A stretch of DNA of 64,000 nucleotides from Camelus dromedarius (lineage: Eukaryota). The notes under the pieces were generated by a model. The model was given only the letters and a program-made list of their open reading frames with translations, did not search any database and was not told where the DNA came from. The DNA lies in the NCBI RefSeq assembly GCF_036321535.1, contig NC_087447.1, positions 35,590,001 to 35,654,000 on the forward strand. The letters run 5' to 3'. The position numbers and the translations under genes were made by a program. Positions 13,741-28,299 of this stretch are shown here, in pieces (the first letter of the stretch is position 1; every line of letters starts with the position of its first letter).

Positions 13741-16700
13741 CTTGTTCTGGGGTCCTCTTTTGAATGTAGTGATGTCTGTGAAACTGTAAGGGAGGGAACA
13801 CACTGGAGTTGGCAGAAAGCTAGTGGGGGGACCCCAGCGGGAAGAACAGTGGCATAGGAGAGGGGGTGACACCGCCTTCATGCCCTCAAACCACCAACGC
13901 TTTGAAGAGAAAAGGTATTTGAGTGGCTGCCATAAACTGAGGGAGGGCTGGTCTCTAGCTACTCAAAGTGTTTTCTCATGCTATTGATTCAATTCGGAAA
14001 ACATTTATTGAGGCTTTCTTACAGACCAGGTTCTCTACTGGGGGCAGAATAAATAAGCACAAGTATAATGCAAAGCAGACTGTCTACTTCTATAAGGAGA
14101 AATATAATGAAAGTTTTATATTTGAAATGTAAACAGAGGGCTTTGGATTTACAGGGGAAGGTACATGCGATTAAGTCATCCTTGGGAGATGAAGGCAAAT
14201 ACAGCTGAGCCCTGAAGGATGAAGCAGGATTTGACCATCAGGAGACAGGAGGAAAGGGGTCTCTTCCCAGCTCTTCCTCCTTGCGCTCCTCCGTGCCGCA
14301 GCCACCACTGCTCTGGTGTGACAGGACGCCAGCTGCCACGACCTATTTGCTGTAGGACCTAGCCAGCCCCAGCCCTGGTGGAGCCTCTACCCTCGCTTGT
14401 CAGGTTTGATGCAGTGCCCTGAAGCATGTGCTACAAAGTGAGAGAGATTCTACCTGGCAGCTCTGGGAAGGTTTGCAGTGGGAGGGGAGGCATACAGGGC
14501 CCCTGGCAAGGGATGGCAGGTTGAAAGGAGGCACCTTTTCTAGTGATGATACCTCCTAACGGGCTGAGAGGCAGGAGCTATTGCTTTCCATGTGTGATTT
14601 TTAGACTGAGAATGTTTTGTGTCTTTATTTTAAAACTGGCTTCTCAGTCTCCTGTGCAGTTTTCTGTCAGCTCGTTGCCATGGAGAAGTCGGTTGGGGCT
14701 GAGAGCTCCGTCCCTCTCTGTGTCAGCATTTCTGGACCTGCCAGCTGCCTCCTGCCCCTTCTACAGATGGAGCAGCTACGGGACCCCACTTGGTGGTCAG
14801 ACCCTTTCTCTGCAAGGCCTGGAGCTGCATCTCGACCCCCTTTGGGAGAGGAGTGTCTTTTATCTGTGCATCGACTCGGCACCTCTCCTTGAGTGCCTTC
14901 ATGTGCCAGGCATCAGGCTGTGCTCTGCAAGTACAAAGGTGACGGTGGCTGGAGGCACACTCATCTTCAGGCAGGCCCCACCCGCATGTTGTCACACCAT
15001 CCCTGTTCACCAGCCTCACTCTTACTTCAGAATTTAAAGGACTGGGTTTGTTTCTCTTCCAACCTTGATCACTGCTCATTTAGAATCTCCCTGGAAATTA
15101 CCAACCAGTCTTTGCACTCCTCGATCTCATTTCTTCTCTGTGTCCCCAGCGCCCAGCACTGGCCTGGGGCAGAAAGGAGGCTTACCCAATAAGTGTCTGT
15201 CTAATGAAATCCTGTGACCCTGATGTATAGTGCAACCTGGTCAAATCCCTCTCCTTATCAAGATCTCAGTTTCCCTCTTTGAAAAATCCAGGAATTGGAT
15301 TGGGTGATCTTGAAGGGCTCTTTTTGCTCTAAAAATCTGAAGACTCAGCTTTAAAAGAAAAATCTTCCCTCATCTGCTGCTGCCACCATCCCCAGTGCCC
15401 TGGGCTGGAGGCTGACCTCAGCATGAACCTTCCTGCCAGCCTCTGGAAGCTGCTTTCCCAGGAAGCTCTGGGCTAGAACACTGGCACTGGATGCAGAAAT
15501 CTCTTTCAGATATAAAAGTCCCTTGGAAAGCACCATCTCTCTTCCCACCCCCAGTCCAGTGGCTGGGCTTGGCTTGCATCCCAGAACAGTAGAGAATTGC
15601 TGGAAGGAGAGATTTTTGCTTCTTCACCTTTCTTGCTTCTCCTTAGGACCTGTTGCCTTCAAGAGCCTTTGGCTACTGAGGATTCTATTTCCCAGGCTGC
15701 CTGCTATCCAGGGCCCTGCGCTAAGCGCTGAGAAGGATGCAGAGATACAGACATCGTCGTCCCCATAGGTAGTCTTACCATCCGCGACATGGACGGGTGA
15801 AGCAAAGCAGGGCTCTGAGGTTCACGGGAGGCTGTCCCCGGAATCTAGCCATAGCCCTTTTGTCTTGGGCAAGTTCTTCCCTTCTCCAGACCCATGTTTC
15901 CTCTTCCTGGGACAGCCGAAAGGATTGGGCCAGTGATCTCTAAGTTCCCTTCCTGCTCTGAAGGTTCCATTCTCAGAGCTCAGTGAAGGAGTGATTACTG
16001 TAGACTTTGTAGAGGAAGGAGGATTTGAGCAGAGCCTTGAAGGCTAGGCTAGGATTTGGCCTAGCCCCGGAGAGATGGGGGAGGAGGGTGCAGGAGCACA
16101 GGCAGACACTGTGGAGCACATGGTGAGGGCGGAGCAAGGCAGAGGCCCTCTTCACCAGAGCAGAGGGTCCGGGTGGATAGCGAGGAGCAAGAGCAATCCC
16201 TGAGGAGGCGGCTCTTGCCTTCCATCTGAGGGCCCTCGTCCCCAGGGCCTTGGGTACTGGTGGTACTGCAGAACAGAGAAGCAAACAAGGCAGGGTGAAA
16301 CCAGGGCTCCCCTGCTCCTGGGGGCCCCAGTCTGGTGTAGAAGGACGCCACCAAGAAGACACAGGATCAAAGCCAGGAGAGGCCACCCGTCTCCAGGTCC
16401 TTTCCTGCTCACTCCAGTCAGCAGGTTCTCATTCAGCAGGACCAAGACTGAGCGTGAAAGGGTAGGCTTTCCTCGGGAGAGCTGCTCTTTGTGGTCTGTT
16501 CCTCTCCAGCGTTTTCCTGAACTCAGGGTAACAAGGATATTTCAACTGTGTCTTTGTGGTTAGATTCTAGAATCATCTACCAGACCCATGATTCAAAGAA
16601 TTGCACATCCTAGACTGGGATGTGACCCCCATCCTCCCAGTCTTCTGGCTGCGGCTGTCTGACCCTCTCTCCCCCTGTACCCACAGCTTCGCTGATGCCA

Positions 16701-18610
16701 AGTCCTCATGGCCCTGCCTCCTTGTTTCTCTCCAGCCATCCCTCTTCTGCATCCTCCTGTCTCCAAACCTGGTCTCCCTAAAGTTCCTCCTCCACATTCA
16801 GTCTAAAGTGTTTAGAAAAGTGCTCAGCACACTGTAAGGGCTCCATAAATGTTATCTACGTGACGACAGTGATGGTGATGATCGTTATTATCCAGATTTT
16901 GCTTCTGAAGCAGAGCTCTGATTCTGCTACTCTCTTGCGCAGAAGCCTTAGTCAGGAACTTTGAGGATTATATTTCCTGAGCCATCAACAATTTTATGCC
17001 TTCTACTTATCATTTCAGATTGACTTCCCTCTACTACTGTTTACACTTCCTCTTCTTTCAGACTGAACCACCACTGTTAACTCTACAAGCTCCATCTACC
17101 GTCTCAACTAGACCTTTGTTCACACTGCACTTCCTACTGGGAATACCCTTCCTCCCCTCCCCTCTAACTTCCTTCTTCTGCTAGGAAGGCTCTGTTGATC
17201 CCCTAGTTTTGATGGCAGATGCCACAAATAGTCCATTCAATATCCCCGATGGCACCTATCACATAAAACTCTATAACTGTTTTATGAATTCCTGGAAAGA
17301 CATGGCTCAGTCCCTATTTTTAAGCAAGCTAGAGTTTGCATTAGGGAAGCTCAGTCATTAAGGCCTGTCCAGCCAGGCCTCGATGCCTGTATATTTTCTA
17401 GAGGGTCTAGAAGTTCTCCGGTGCCTGTGGGCATGTATTCAGTTTGCCAGTTCCATGTGGTCATGATCCCTTTACGCAAAATACAAGCAAACTGGCTGGA
17501 GAGGGTAGAAACCCAGGGGAACCGTGTCAGCTGTGTAGTTAGCTCCTGCTAGGTTGGGGTAGAGAGCTGCCATCCAAGGTGCAGGGCCCTGTATGATCCT
17601 AGGAATGTCAGTATCCTCGAGGGCTCATTCGGGGTCCTCCAATGGGAGGGCAAGGATTCTGGCAGAAGAATCTTAAGGTAACTATCATCAGGCATCCAAA
17701 TTCCCAGGGACTCCAGCCAAAGAACAACTTGGGGCACAGATAAAAGGTTCAGGCCCTTAGGTGGTGGGATGGCAGCAGAGTCTAGGCAGAGTGTCTGTAT
17801 CCTGCCCAGCCAGCTGGAGTTTGACTCAGGCCTCTAGCCCCAGAAGCCCCCAGTTTAGGGCTCACTGGTTCTATGACTGGACATTCCTAGCAGGAGTTGG
17901 CAGGGAGGCCAACAGGGGGAAATGGGCTCCTTTTCTGGTCAGGATTGACTTGGAAGAAGGTGTAACCGCAGTTTGGAAACACCTTCTGGGCTTCAGTTCC
18001 CTTAGGCCAGGAAATCTAGGGGAGGCAGTGGCTGACAAGTCACTGGGCCCAGAGGTGAGTCCTGCCTCCTGGTTCACAATCTGGCTCACCAAGCCCTTGC
18101 CTCCATTTCAAACACAAGCCATGATCATGCCTCCCTCTGGGCTACCATTTGAAAAAGCCAATCTCAGGCTGCCACTTGCTGCCTGTAAATGGCGTGGAAT
18201 TAGGCTAATCAGTGGCTCTTAATTCCCCAACAAATGTGGATGCTGTGCTAATTGCCAGGGTCCACGCCGGCAGATCCCTGGTTGGTGGCATCAAACAAGA
18301 GAAGTGGTAATTTGGGGGCTGGAGTCGGGGAGGGCCTGCTTTGCTGGCTGAGCCAGTTAAAAACCACATTACCCCTTGAGCGAGGCACAGTGCAGAGAGC
18401 CAGGGCCTGGCCTCCTTCTCAGCCAAGTTGCTGGGTGAGTGGCCCACAAGTGTGTTCGCAGGAGCTAAACCTCAACATCAGTGGAGCAGTTTTTGGTCCG
18501 TTAATGAGATTTTGTTGTTGTTGTTCCTCAAGGAAGATCCCACCAGCAGCCTGGCCTGGCACTGCCAGGGCAGCTCATTGGGGATAAAGCATCCCAAACC
18601 TTGGTCTGCC

Positions 18611-18624
18611 GTTACCATGGCAAC
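18611..18624. promoter_or_regulatory. RFX X-box, consensus match
   Basis: GTTACCATGGCAAC matches the GTTNCCATGGNAAC palindrome. Confidence 0.65.
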
Positions 18625-21600
18625 ATGGCATTTCCAGACTCTCCAGGCAACCTTACTGGCATCTGTTGCTGTGAAAGATTCAGATGGAGAAGTGCCACTG
18701 CTCTTTCTCCATTGGAGACCGAGCAAACTGTGAAGACGGGGAGCCATGTACCAAGGACCAGGATCTTAAAGGAAAGTGGTGATCCGTTGGTGTAAGCACT
18801 TCTTGATGAAATGGTATTAGAATGTCTGTTATAGTCTCTTGGGGAGAGCTACAGGACCAGAAGAGAACTCCTGGAGGAGAAAAATAAGGGGGGGTGGTGG
18901 AATATAGGAGTATAGGAGGGACCGTGTGACAAAGACCTCGCCAGGGATATAGCTGAAGTGTGGCGATAGCGTGGGCAGTTCAGTTTGATGGGAGAATGGA
19001 CATTAGTGGCGGTGGGCAGGTGTTAGCTATGCCTCTCTGAAATCTGCTGGTTTGAGTCCTGTTTGACAAAAGCCCGACCCTCATTCCACCCAGATTATGT
19101 CCTCCCCTTTCCTCTCCTGAGGGGTGGGAGCTGATGTCCACACCTCACACCTCACTTCAGGTGGACATTTCTTCCTTTCTGTCTTGGTTCACAGTTGCTT
19201 GCAGTATCTTGTGTATCCACTAGAATCACTGAACCTCTGTGTTCCATGGGGGGAACCCAGACCCAGAGAGGAAGATGCTTGCCTAAGGTCACCAGCAATA
19301 CAGAGGCCATAAAACAGAGTGGTTAGAACTTAGAATCTGTAGACAGACTGACCTTGGTTCAAGTCCTGGCTCCACCACTTAGTTTTCTAGTGACCTTAGC
19401 CTCGTCGTCTTTAGGGGTAAGATAGGAACCCTGAACCTCCCTACCCTAGTAGGGCATTATGGGTGTGAGATGAGGTCACAGAAGTAATACAGGAGTTCCT
19501 GTGTGTAATAAGAGCTCAGGAAATGTTGGTTATTAAGAGACTGGGAATTCCTTAAAAATGGGGACTGTCTTATTCATCTTTGCTCATTCCTCCGCTTTAT
19601 ACACAAGGCACGCAAATAGTACTCTCTCTGGAGTTGATATTAGGAGGATGTCTGCTGGCTGGATGAATGCACGAATGCTCAGAATGAAAAACTGTCCACA
19701 TTGATGGGCTCTATGCTCCTGTTGAATGTTTTCAGCTTCTGTGCTGTTTGGTCTCCAGGACTGGAACCAGGCCAGGCCAAGAGTCTATCCTGGGTAGCTC
19801 AGCCCACACAGTAAAGTGACTTGCCCATTCAGGTCCCATACCCACCAGCCCTGTAGCCCAGGACTTATACTCCCTAGGGCTGTGCGTTTCCTAAATGACA
19901 GATGGAGTCGTTTCCTCTCGACCTTTGGGCACAATATAGGTACGAACGGTAACTAACGTATAGCTTTATAATATACAAGACGTTTCCATTTACTCTCACG
20001 TGAGCCTCGCCATAGCACTGGGATTGTCAGGTGTAATATCCCAGGTTGTGGGTGAAGACCCTGAGGCTTGGTAGCCAGGAGTGGCTGGTCCAAAAGCACA
20101 CGGCAGGAAGGGCTGGAGGAGGGCCATGGTCCCATCTTCTGACCCCAGCTCTGATGGTCTTCCCACTGGATGCAGTCTCTCTGGGTCTGCAGTTCTTCCT
20201 GGGGTGTAATTCTGTCTAGTGGGGTGAGGACCACTGGGCTTGGGCTCAAATGCCTTGATTTGGGTCACAGTCCTGTCACCTCCGTGGGGCATCTCTGAAG
20301 CGAGCCACCTCTCTCCTAGACGTGCTCACCCCCTGATCTTCCTGCTTTGGGTCTATAGTGGGGCTGAGAGTGCTTTGGGAAAATATGAGATTGCCATTTA
20401 GTGACTGGGGAGAGAGAGGTTGTTTTCAGCAAATGAGGTCTCCCTCAGCTCAGCCAGGCTGCCGCCCCAGCAGGCCTAGATGTGCTGTGGAAAGACAGCC
20501 TGGGTGTATGGGAAGATTCACTCCATTGTCCTGAAACACCAAGTGTTAGAGCTGGACGGGCCCTTGGAGAGCAGTAAAGCTGATGCCTTCAGTTTATAGG
20601 TGTGGAAATGGAGGCCCTGCGAGAGGTGGTGACTCACCCGAGACCATGTGCTGAGTTAGTGGCCGTGCTGCAGCCTTGAGCAGCCAGGCATTTGACCTTG
20701 CTCTGGGTGCCTCATTTGAATTCATTTTAGAGCACCAGATTTTTTTTTTAAGTTTTTAAAGAATTGTGTATATCAGACTATTTTCAACAGTGTTAATTTT
20801 TAAATTTATTATAAAAGTAATATAATAATCATGGATGAAAATTTGGGTAATACAGAAATGTTCTATTTTGAAGATAACAAACTAAGTAATATTCATAAAC
20901 CTCAGAAATAACCCTGTAGGCAAGTTGCTGTTTTTTAAATGGAGAGTTTTCGACCAGTGGTCCCCTACACCCTATAACGTGTTCTGCAAGTTTAGCTACA
21001 GAGAGTGACACTCCATAGAGGCCTCCAAGGACTTAATTTAGTTCTGCAGACTTCAGATAGTTAGATACACTGCTAACACTAGTTGGGGGCATCTGTAAAG
21101 TCTCTTCCAGGTAACAAACCACTTCTTCATAGGCGTTCTCATTTGATTATTTGATCGTTATAAGAATCCCATAAAGCAGAGTATTATTTTCCCAATGCAA
21201 GTGAGAAATTTGAGCCCCAGGGAGATTACGTAGTTTACTCAAAATTACACGTCTAAGAAGTAGTAGAGCTGCTGACTTCAAACTAATACTTGGCATAAAG
21301 AAAGCAGAAGGCACCTAATAAGTAATTGATGAATGAGTGAATGTTTGACTCCCCTTCTAGGGAAGGCACTTGAAATCATCTGGTCCAGTGGTTTTCAGGT
21401 TGTGCTCTGGGAAACCCTAGGATTCCATGGAGCCAGTTGAAGGCTGAATTGATGGGGTTCTGAGCCCCTCACCTCTGCTCCAACCAGAGTAGCTTCAGTG
21501 TTACCTCTTTTACCCACTGGGAGATTGAAAACAATTTAGCTAATCTAGCTCCTACACCAGTGGTTCTCAAACTGATGTGTATCACAACCTCCATGGGAGG

Positions 21601-22754
21601 TTCTGACAGTTGGTCTGAGGTGGGTGCCAGGACTCTGTTGAGAAGTGCAGGTAGTCATCAGAAATAGTGGCCTACTTCTTGGAGCTGAGGAAGGTAAGAC
21701 CCAGGGAGAAGCAGGGAGTTCTACTTGGTCATACAGCCCCGTGGGAGCACAGGCCCCACGAGGAGTTGAATCCTCAGTACCTCATCTGCTGCCCTTCCCT
21801 CTGCACCACAACTGCAGCTGAGCCAGAAAACAAATGACACAGCAAAGAATAACAGAACGGTTTCCATAGCAATGCTTCATGGTTTGTGCTTGTCAGGACA
21901 CTCAGACAAACACTCATCTGAACCCTCAGTTACAACTCGTGTGAAATCCTACCTACTTTTTCCATGCAAGGGGCCTAGGGCATGGGAGGAAGGAAGAGGG
22001 ATGGATGGATGGCATCCTTTTTTTTTTTTTTGCCCCTATACTGGGGATTCTCCCAAATTTACCAACAACTGGTAGCAAGACAGAGCAGACCGAGGAGGGC
22101 TAGGAATGGACTCTGGGCAAGAAACACGGGGCCACCCCAGCATCGGATGAGGAGATGGGGACGGGTGCAGGTGCCAACTGGGCATGTATCATGTGATGGA
22201 CTCTGTGCTGGGCATGCTACCTATTCATTCAACAAAAAAAAAAAAAAAGGAAAGGAAAGATGATTGTCCTTATTTACATATGACGAAACTGGAGCTCAGA
22301 CTTAGACAATAAGTGACAGAGGCAAGATTAGCGCAAGCCTGTCAGGCTCCATCGCTGCTGAGCAACAGTTGCTTTGACTTTCTCTGGCCAGTGAGTGAGG
22401 CCTAGAGATAGTTACCACCCAGCTATCTCCTCCTCATATCAGGAAGGGGAGGGTGGGCCTACAGGCAGCTGGGTCCTCATTCAAAGAGCTGAGAGGACTC
22501 TGCAGGGACATGGTTAGTCCTCGAGCTGGAGGTGGACTCTGTCCAGTCTTTGGCTGTAATGTCTCCCTTCCCCACAAGAGTTCTGGTCCCCTTCAAACTA
22601 CGGGTGTCTTTGGCAGGGGCCAACCCAACTGCCCCCTCCACACACACCCTCACCAAGTCCTTGGGATTGGTGGCATCTGTGGGTGGCCTGCCCGGCTCTC
22701 TGACTTGGCTTCGCCTCGAGGGAGTAAGCCCCTCCTGTGGCTCCTCAAACAGGT

Positions 22755-23240
22755 ATCCACTGAGCACCTTCTATGACCCTGTACCTGCTCTCGGTGCTGG
22801 GGATGCAGCCATTGAACAAAACGACATTTTTGCTCTCTTGGCATTGTCCGGTCTAGTGAGGAGACAGACACATGAGTATGTGATGGGGTATGACGTGCTG
22901 GGAAGGAAAACAAAGCAGTGTAAGGGGATAGAAGGAGGGGGTTGAGTGGTCATTGAGAAGGTGACATTCAAACTAAGACTCAAATGAGAAATGGGAGGAT
23001 ATCTAGGGAGGAGCGTTCCAGGCAGAGGGAAGAGCCAGTGTGAAAGCCAACGCTGGAAGCACGACTGGCCAGTTGGAGGAATAGCCCAGAGGCCAGTGTG
23101 GCTGGAGAGGAGCGAGCGAGGACGAGAGTGGCAGCAGTGGGCATCAGGGAGGTAGCTGGGGACCAGAGCGTGTGGAACCTTATAGGCCAAGAACAAGACT
23201 TTGGATTTCCTTCTGAGCTAGGGTGCCATTGGAGGATTCG
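22755..23240 (-). mobile_element. L2 LINE 3' portion
   Basis: ctgagcaccttctatg...ggtgctggggatgcagc...gagaaggtgacatt...gttccaggcagaggg...gccattggagg. Confidence 0.8.
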
Positions 23241-23844
23241 CACTCTGGAGACACATGCCTGGCTTCAGCCTTACAGCCTCCAGCCCTGTTGTCTGGGAGC
23301 GGAATCAGTCACCTGGGTTGGAGCCCACAGGAGGCTGAGTAGTCTCTGCTGGGCACATGAACAGTCACACAGGCAGGGAGCCCAGTGGGACTTGCCAGGC
23401 CTCCCTGGCTGCCGTTGTGTTTCTTAGGGCCAAGGCTAAAGGGCCTCTCGGAGCTGCCTACCCCCAGGCTCTCATTTCTGGGTGGGTTCACACTGCCGGG
23501 GGGTTAGAAGGCATCGCAAAGAGAGTCTGGAGGCAGGGCTGCAGCGTTCCCCACGCCAACACTGCATCCTCTGGGAATGCCGCTTCTCCCGTGGACACCC
23601 GCCCCAGGGAGGAGCACGGCGCCTGTGTATCCTGGCCCAGCAGCCAGGCCACCTATCAGACTGAGGGAAGAATGCCGCTTCCCACGGGACCAGTGGGAGA
23701 ACACGGGCTGGTGGGTTATAATTAACCAAAATGGTAATTTTGTTTCAAATGTTATTTTTTTTATGAAGTAGGGACATTCATAAAGGAAACTGATATATTA
23801 GCCCATGTAGTGCGCATACACCCCAGTCATGCACTTCATTCAAG

Positions 23845-24060
23845 CAGCATAGAACGTACAATACCAAGAGTGAGCCCAAATGTACACCATGGACTTTGGG
23901 CCATAATGATGGGTCCCCGTAGGTTCATCCATGGTAACAAATGTACCGCTCAGGTGGGGGATGTGGGTAGTGGGGAGCCTGTGAGAGGGGAGGGGAAGGG
24001 AACTTTCTATACTTTCTGTTAAATTTTTCTAAGAACCTAAAACTGGTCTAAAAAATACCA
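23845..24060 (+). mobile_element. L1MC-like 3' end
   Basis: caagagtgagccc.aatgta..ctttggg...gtaggttcatc...gtaacaaatgtacc...aacctaaaactg.tctaaaaaata. Confidence 0.8.
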
Positions 24061-26414
24061 TTTTTTAAAAAGGGGAGGAAAAGCATTAATGCACATTAAA
24101 AGTATTAATCCCTTAGTTGTTTCCTATTTTGTACTGTAATTTTTTTTAATGGCATGAAGTTCAATAAAAGTTTACTATCTGGAAGAAAAAATAAGTTAAA
24201 TAAGAGACAGACTTGATTCCCAAGGGGGTTTGATCCCGCTGAAAAAGTGGGGTGTAGCTTTTCTGGGGCACCCATCTCGCTGCGCTGTCACAGCAGGAGG
24301 AGCAATTTAGCACTTACGCTATATGGGAGCCTGCTTGCTATGTACCAGGTTGGGCACAGCGCGCAACCCAGAGCAGACACTCGGTACTTACTGAGTGACT
24401 GGAAAGCGTTGGGAGAATTCCTTCTCAGGTTTGTGTCATCCAGTGGCTCCTCAGTGAACTCTAGTGCCCTAATCTAATCTGCCTGTGGTTTCTTCTGGAC
24501 CTGCAGCTGGGTTCCAGAACAGACCTTCTTGCTTTCACCACCATTATGGTCTAGCGCCCAGCCTCTCCTGCACACTGGTGGTTCCCAGACAGGCACAGGG
24601 AGAACAGCGTAGAAAGGCTCTACTGTGACCAGGCTCTGGGGACAGCCGCAGGCCAGCTGCTCTGGGCCCCAGAGTTACCTTGGGCCCCTGCCCCTCTGCT
24701 GGTACCCCTTAGAGATATTTGATGGAGACCACTTGGAAGTTCCGGCCAGGGTTAAACACCAGCACGCAAGCCAGCACCGGGGAGACATAGTATAGCAGCT
24801 CCTGCAGAAACAGTTAAGGGGGGGCTGTGGGCTGTGGGTTCAGCAAGAGTCTGCAGACTTGGACTTGGCTAATGTGACCTCAAGCTAAACTGACACAGGC
24901 AGCCTCAGGGACAAGGTGTGCACCTAGATAGAGCCCTCGGCCATCTCTGGGGACTGTACTTCTAGAGGGATGATGACAACTTGGAACCTACCAAGGGGAG
25001 GGGCCCGCACCGGCCGTGGGGACAGGCCACCAGGTCATACAGAGGAATGACGTATCCCCTGGAGTGCAGAAGTCTTAGAGGATAGGAGAGCTACGTGCAA
25101 ACGCTTATAGGGATTATGCTCCAAAGGTGCCGTGCTGTGCCCTTACCGCTCCATCGCCAGAGCCAGACCCCTGCTGGCAGCACCGGACTCCACCTCAGGC
25201 CTCCTCATTCACAGGCTGCCCTCACACCAGGCCCCAGGGGTGCTCGTCTCCGGACCTCTCCCAGCCTCTGTTTCTTCATTTATAGAGTGTGGTCAGAATA
25301 CCCCCTTCCCAGGGCTGTTGTTAAATGACATGGGTCACGCGGAGCCGTTAGCACGCTACGTGGCCATAGTAGGCCCTCGAGAGGGTGAGGTGCCTTTTCT
25401 GTTCCTTCTCCCAGTGCAGCCAGGAGGCCCAGAAAGCCAGCAGTTCTAACAGGGAACACAGAATTCAGAAAGACAGTCTGTGGGGAGGAGTTCAGTTGTT
25501 TATAAAACAGGCCAACACGTTTCCACCTCGTAAGTTCTAAATCCATCATCCCCAGCTCCCTCGATCTAAGAATAGTCACCCAGTGGAGCCTACGTGCCGC
25601 AGCACGCTCTCTCCGCAGGTGACCGAGGCCGCGCAGCCACAGCAGCCGCAGCACCGCCTCCTCCTGGGTTGAGGGTGGGGAGGGCTGGCCTCCACCTCTC
25701 CCGGCTCAGTTGTTTCTAAGCCTCTCTCAGACTCAGCTTTCTGTTCCTTCCACATCCTCACTGGGCTGTTCTAACTGTCAAATGCGGTGCCCGCAGTGAT
25801 GCAGAGGGAGAGAGAGCAGTGGGAAGGCGTGTAGGTGGGGACCGTTGGCCTGATACTGCCCCACTTGGGGCCTCGGTTTCCTCTTACATAAAGGGAGAGA
25901 GATCAACGGAGAAAACGGAACAATCTTTTAAGCTCTGGGGCTCTGGAAGAGGTTCCAGGGTAGTCCCAGTCTTGCAGCCTGAGAATGAGACCTCTGAGGG
26001 CAAACCCATCCAATTCAGCCCATTTTTATTTATCATCTGAACCGAAACCATTCCTCTGTCGGGTACGAGGGAGCCAGCCTGAGGACTTGGGGGTGCATCC
26101 CCCTCCTCTGGTCTCCTACCTCCACCTTCCTTCCCTCTCTCTCATCCACATCCATACCCTTCCACACCACTGCACAGATTATCCAGGATCAGAGCTTTTG
26201 CTCTGTCCTGGACTCCGCCTGCTGGAGGAATGCCCTCGCCCACTGGGGCTCCTGCGCAGGCCGCCTGCTGCTCTGCAGGGCAGCCTTCCAGTCCTTACAG
26301 TGTTCTTCCTGATGCTGAGCTGCAACCCGCCTGCCTGAGGCACCTCCTCCCCATATCCGTGGGCTCTCTTTTGGCCTCTGGGAAAGAGCAAGACAGCTCT
26401 GTGCTTTTGCTCAC

Positions 26415-27080
26415 CATTCATTCATTCGTGTCTTCATTCATCCACACAATAGTTATCAGCACTCATGTATGCCAAGCACTGTTCTCAAGTGCTGGGAAAC
26501 AGCAGCAAACAGAGAGTCCCGCTCTCAAAGAGCTTGTGTTCTGATCAGGAGAGAGATGATAAATAAACGGTTTTTAAAATGTAAAGAAAAATAAAGCAGG
26601 TGAGGAGACAGAGATGGGGAGGGACGTCGATCACTTTCATGTAGAGTTGTCAGGGAAGGCCTCTCAGATAAGGTGACATTTGAACAAATACCTGACAACA
26701 TGAGGGAGTGAACCTGTGGACGTCAGGGTCAAGAGCATTCCAGGTAGCAGGAACAGAAAATGCAAAGGCCCTGAGGCCAGTGCTGTTTGAGGAACAGTCA
26801 GGAAGTCAGTGTAGCTCTGGGGATGTCAACAAGGTAGAACGTGATAGGATGTGAGGTCAAGGAGGAAGCTGGAGACCAGCTGTTGTTTATCTGAGTCAGA
26901 GGAGAAGCCACTGAAGGATTCTAAGCAGAGCACTGCCATGTCAACTTAGTGCCAGGTTTTAATAGGATCACTCAGGCTCTGTGTAGAGAATAGACCATGG
27001 AGGGCAACAGAGGCAGCAGAGAGAGCAGTTAGGAAACACTTGTAGGAGTACTGGTGTGAGGGGATGGGCTGGTGAGAAGT
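26415..27080 (-). mobile_element. L2 LINE 3' portion
   Basis: cattcattcattc tail, gtcagggaaggcctctc...ggtgacatttgaaca, aagagcattccagg, tgcaaaggccctgagg. Confidence 0.82.
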
Positions 27081-28299
27081 AGTCCGATTCCAGCTGTATT
27101 TGAAACATTGCCTTCCTAAATCCCTCACCTTTTCTTACCTGGTGGATGGCCACAGCATCCTCTCTGGCCTCCTTGCTTTCAATCCTCATCCTCCCTCTTT
27201 TCCTCTCACCTCATCCTCAGTGCTGCCATGGATCCTTAGTTGGAAGGGACCCCAGGCCAGCCAGCTTCTACTTAGTCTTCCCTGAAGTATTTGGCCGCCA
27301 TCCCAAAACATCTCCAGAGCAACACTATGGGCTAACAGCCCCACTTCCCGATTCTGGAATGGCTTCTTCCTGCTGCCTCAGATCCTGCCTCAAGGGCATC
27401 CTTGGCCCCGGAGAGTGATGGATGGACTAATTATTGAAAGAGTCCTGCACTGACAGTGCCTCTTTCCTCAGACTGGCCCAGTGGGGCCTTGGTCCTCACA
27501 GCCATTCTCTAGGCCATTCTGTTGTAGGAGCTGTCCCTATTCTGGGCAGTATGACCAGGAACAGAGACTCAGAGCTCTTTGTTCTGAGGCCAGCGGCTAG
27601 GAGGCAACTCTGGCCACAGATCAGGAAAAAAAGACAAGCAGCCAGGCACAGGACTCAAATTGATGGCACCAGATCTCAGCACTGTGTGTGTGTCTGTGTG
27701 TCTGTGTTTCTGTGGGTCTGTGTGTGTGCTCCTCCCCTGCTGCTCTCCAGACAGAGCAGGGGGCTCAGAAAGACTGTGGGCAGGGGAATGGCCCAGATGA
27801 ATTCACTTCCATACAGTAGTTCTATCCTGAGTGCCTGTACCATGTGCTTGATGAACACGTTCTGCTCACACTACTCCACTCCCATCCCCAGCTCACCAAC
27901 TGGTGAGACAGTTACAAATAGAAACACCTCTAGATCCAGGAGGAGTGTGGTATGTGCTCTTAGAGAGCTCTGGGTACCATTAGAGCTCAGAGTAAGTAAA
28001 ATTAACAGCCTTCCAACAGCCCGGTAGGACCCAGCCCTACACCTAGCCACAGTTCACTTCTGCAGCAAACAGGGTGCCATCAGGATCAATGAAGGCAGCT
28101 CAGAGTGGGCAAATGTCAGTGGGTACCCTCTATTTAAGGCTGGTGAACTCTTATTCATCCTTAAAAACCCAGCTAAGACTTAACCTCTGTAACTTTCAGT
28201 GACACCCACCTCCTCTCCCCAACAGAGCATATTATCCTCTCCTCTATGCACTGTGCCTTAGAAATACTGTCATTTTAAAAATCATCATCCTGTATTATT

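Noticed and set aside
24770..24790. REST/RE1-like site (CCAGCACCGGGGAGAC)
   Set aside because: The right half deviates from GGACAG. Other half-sites (~37936, ~59452) lack partners.
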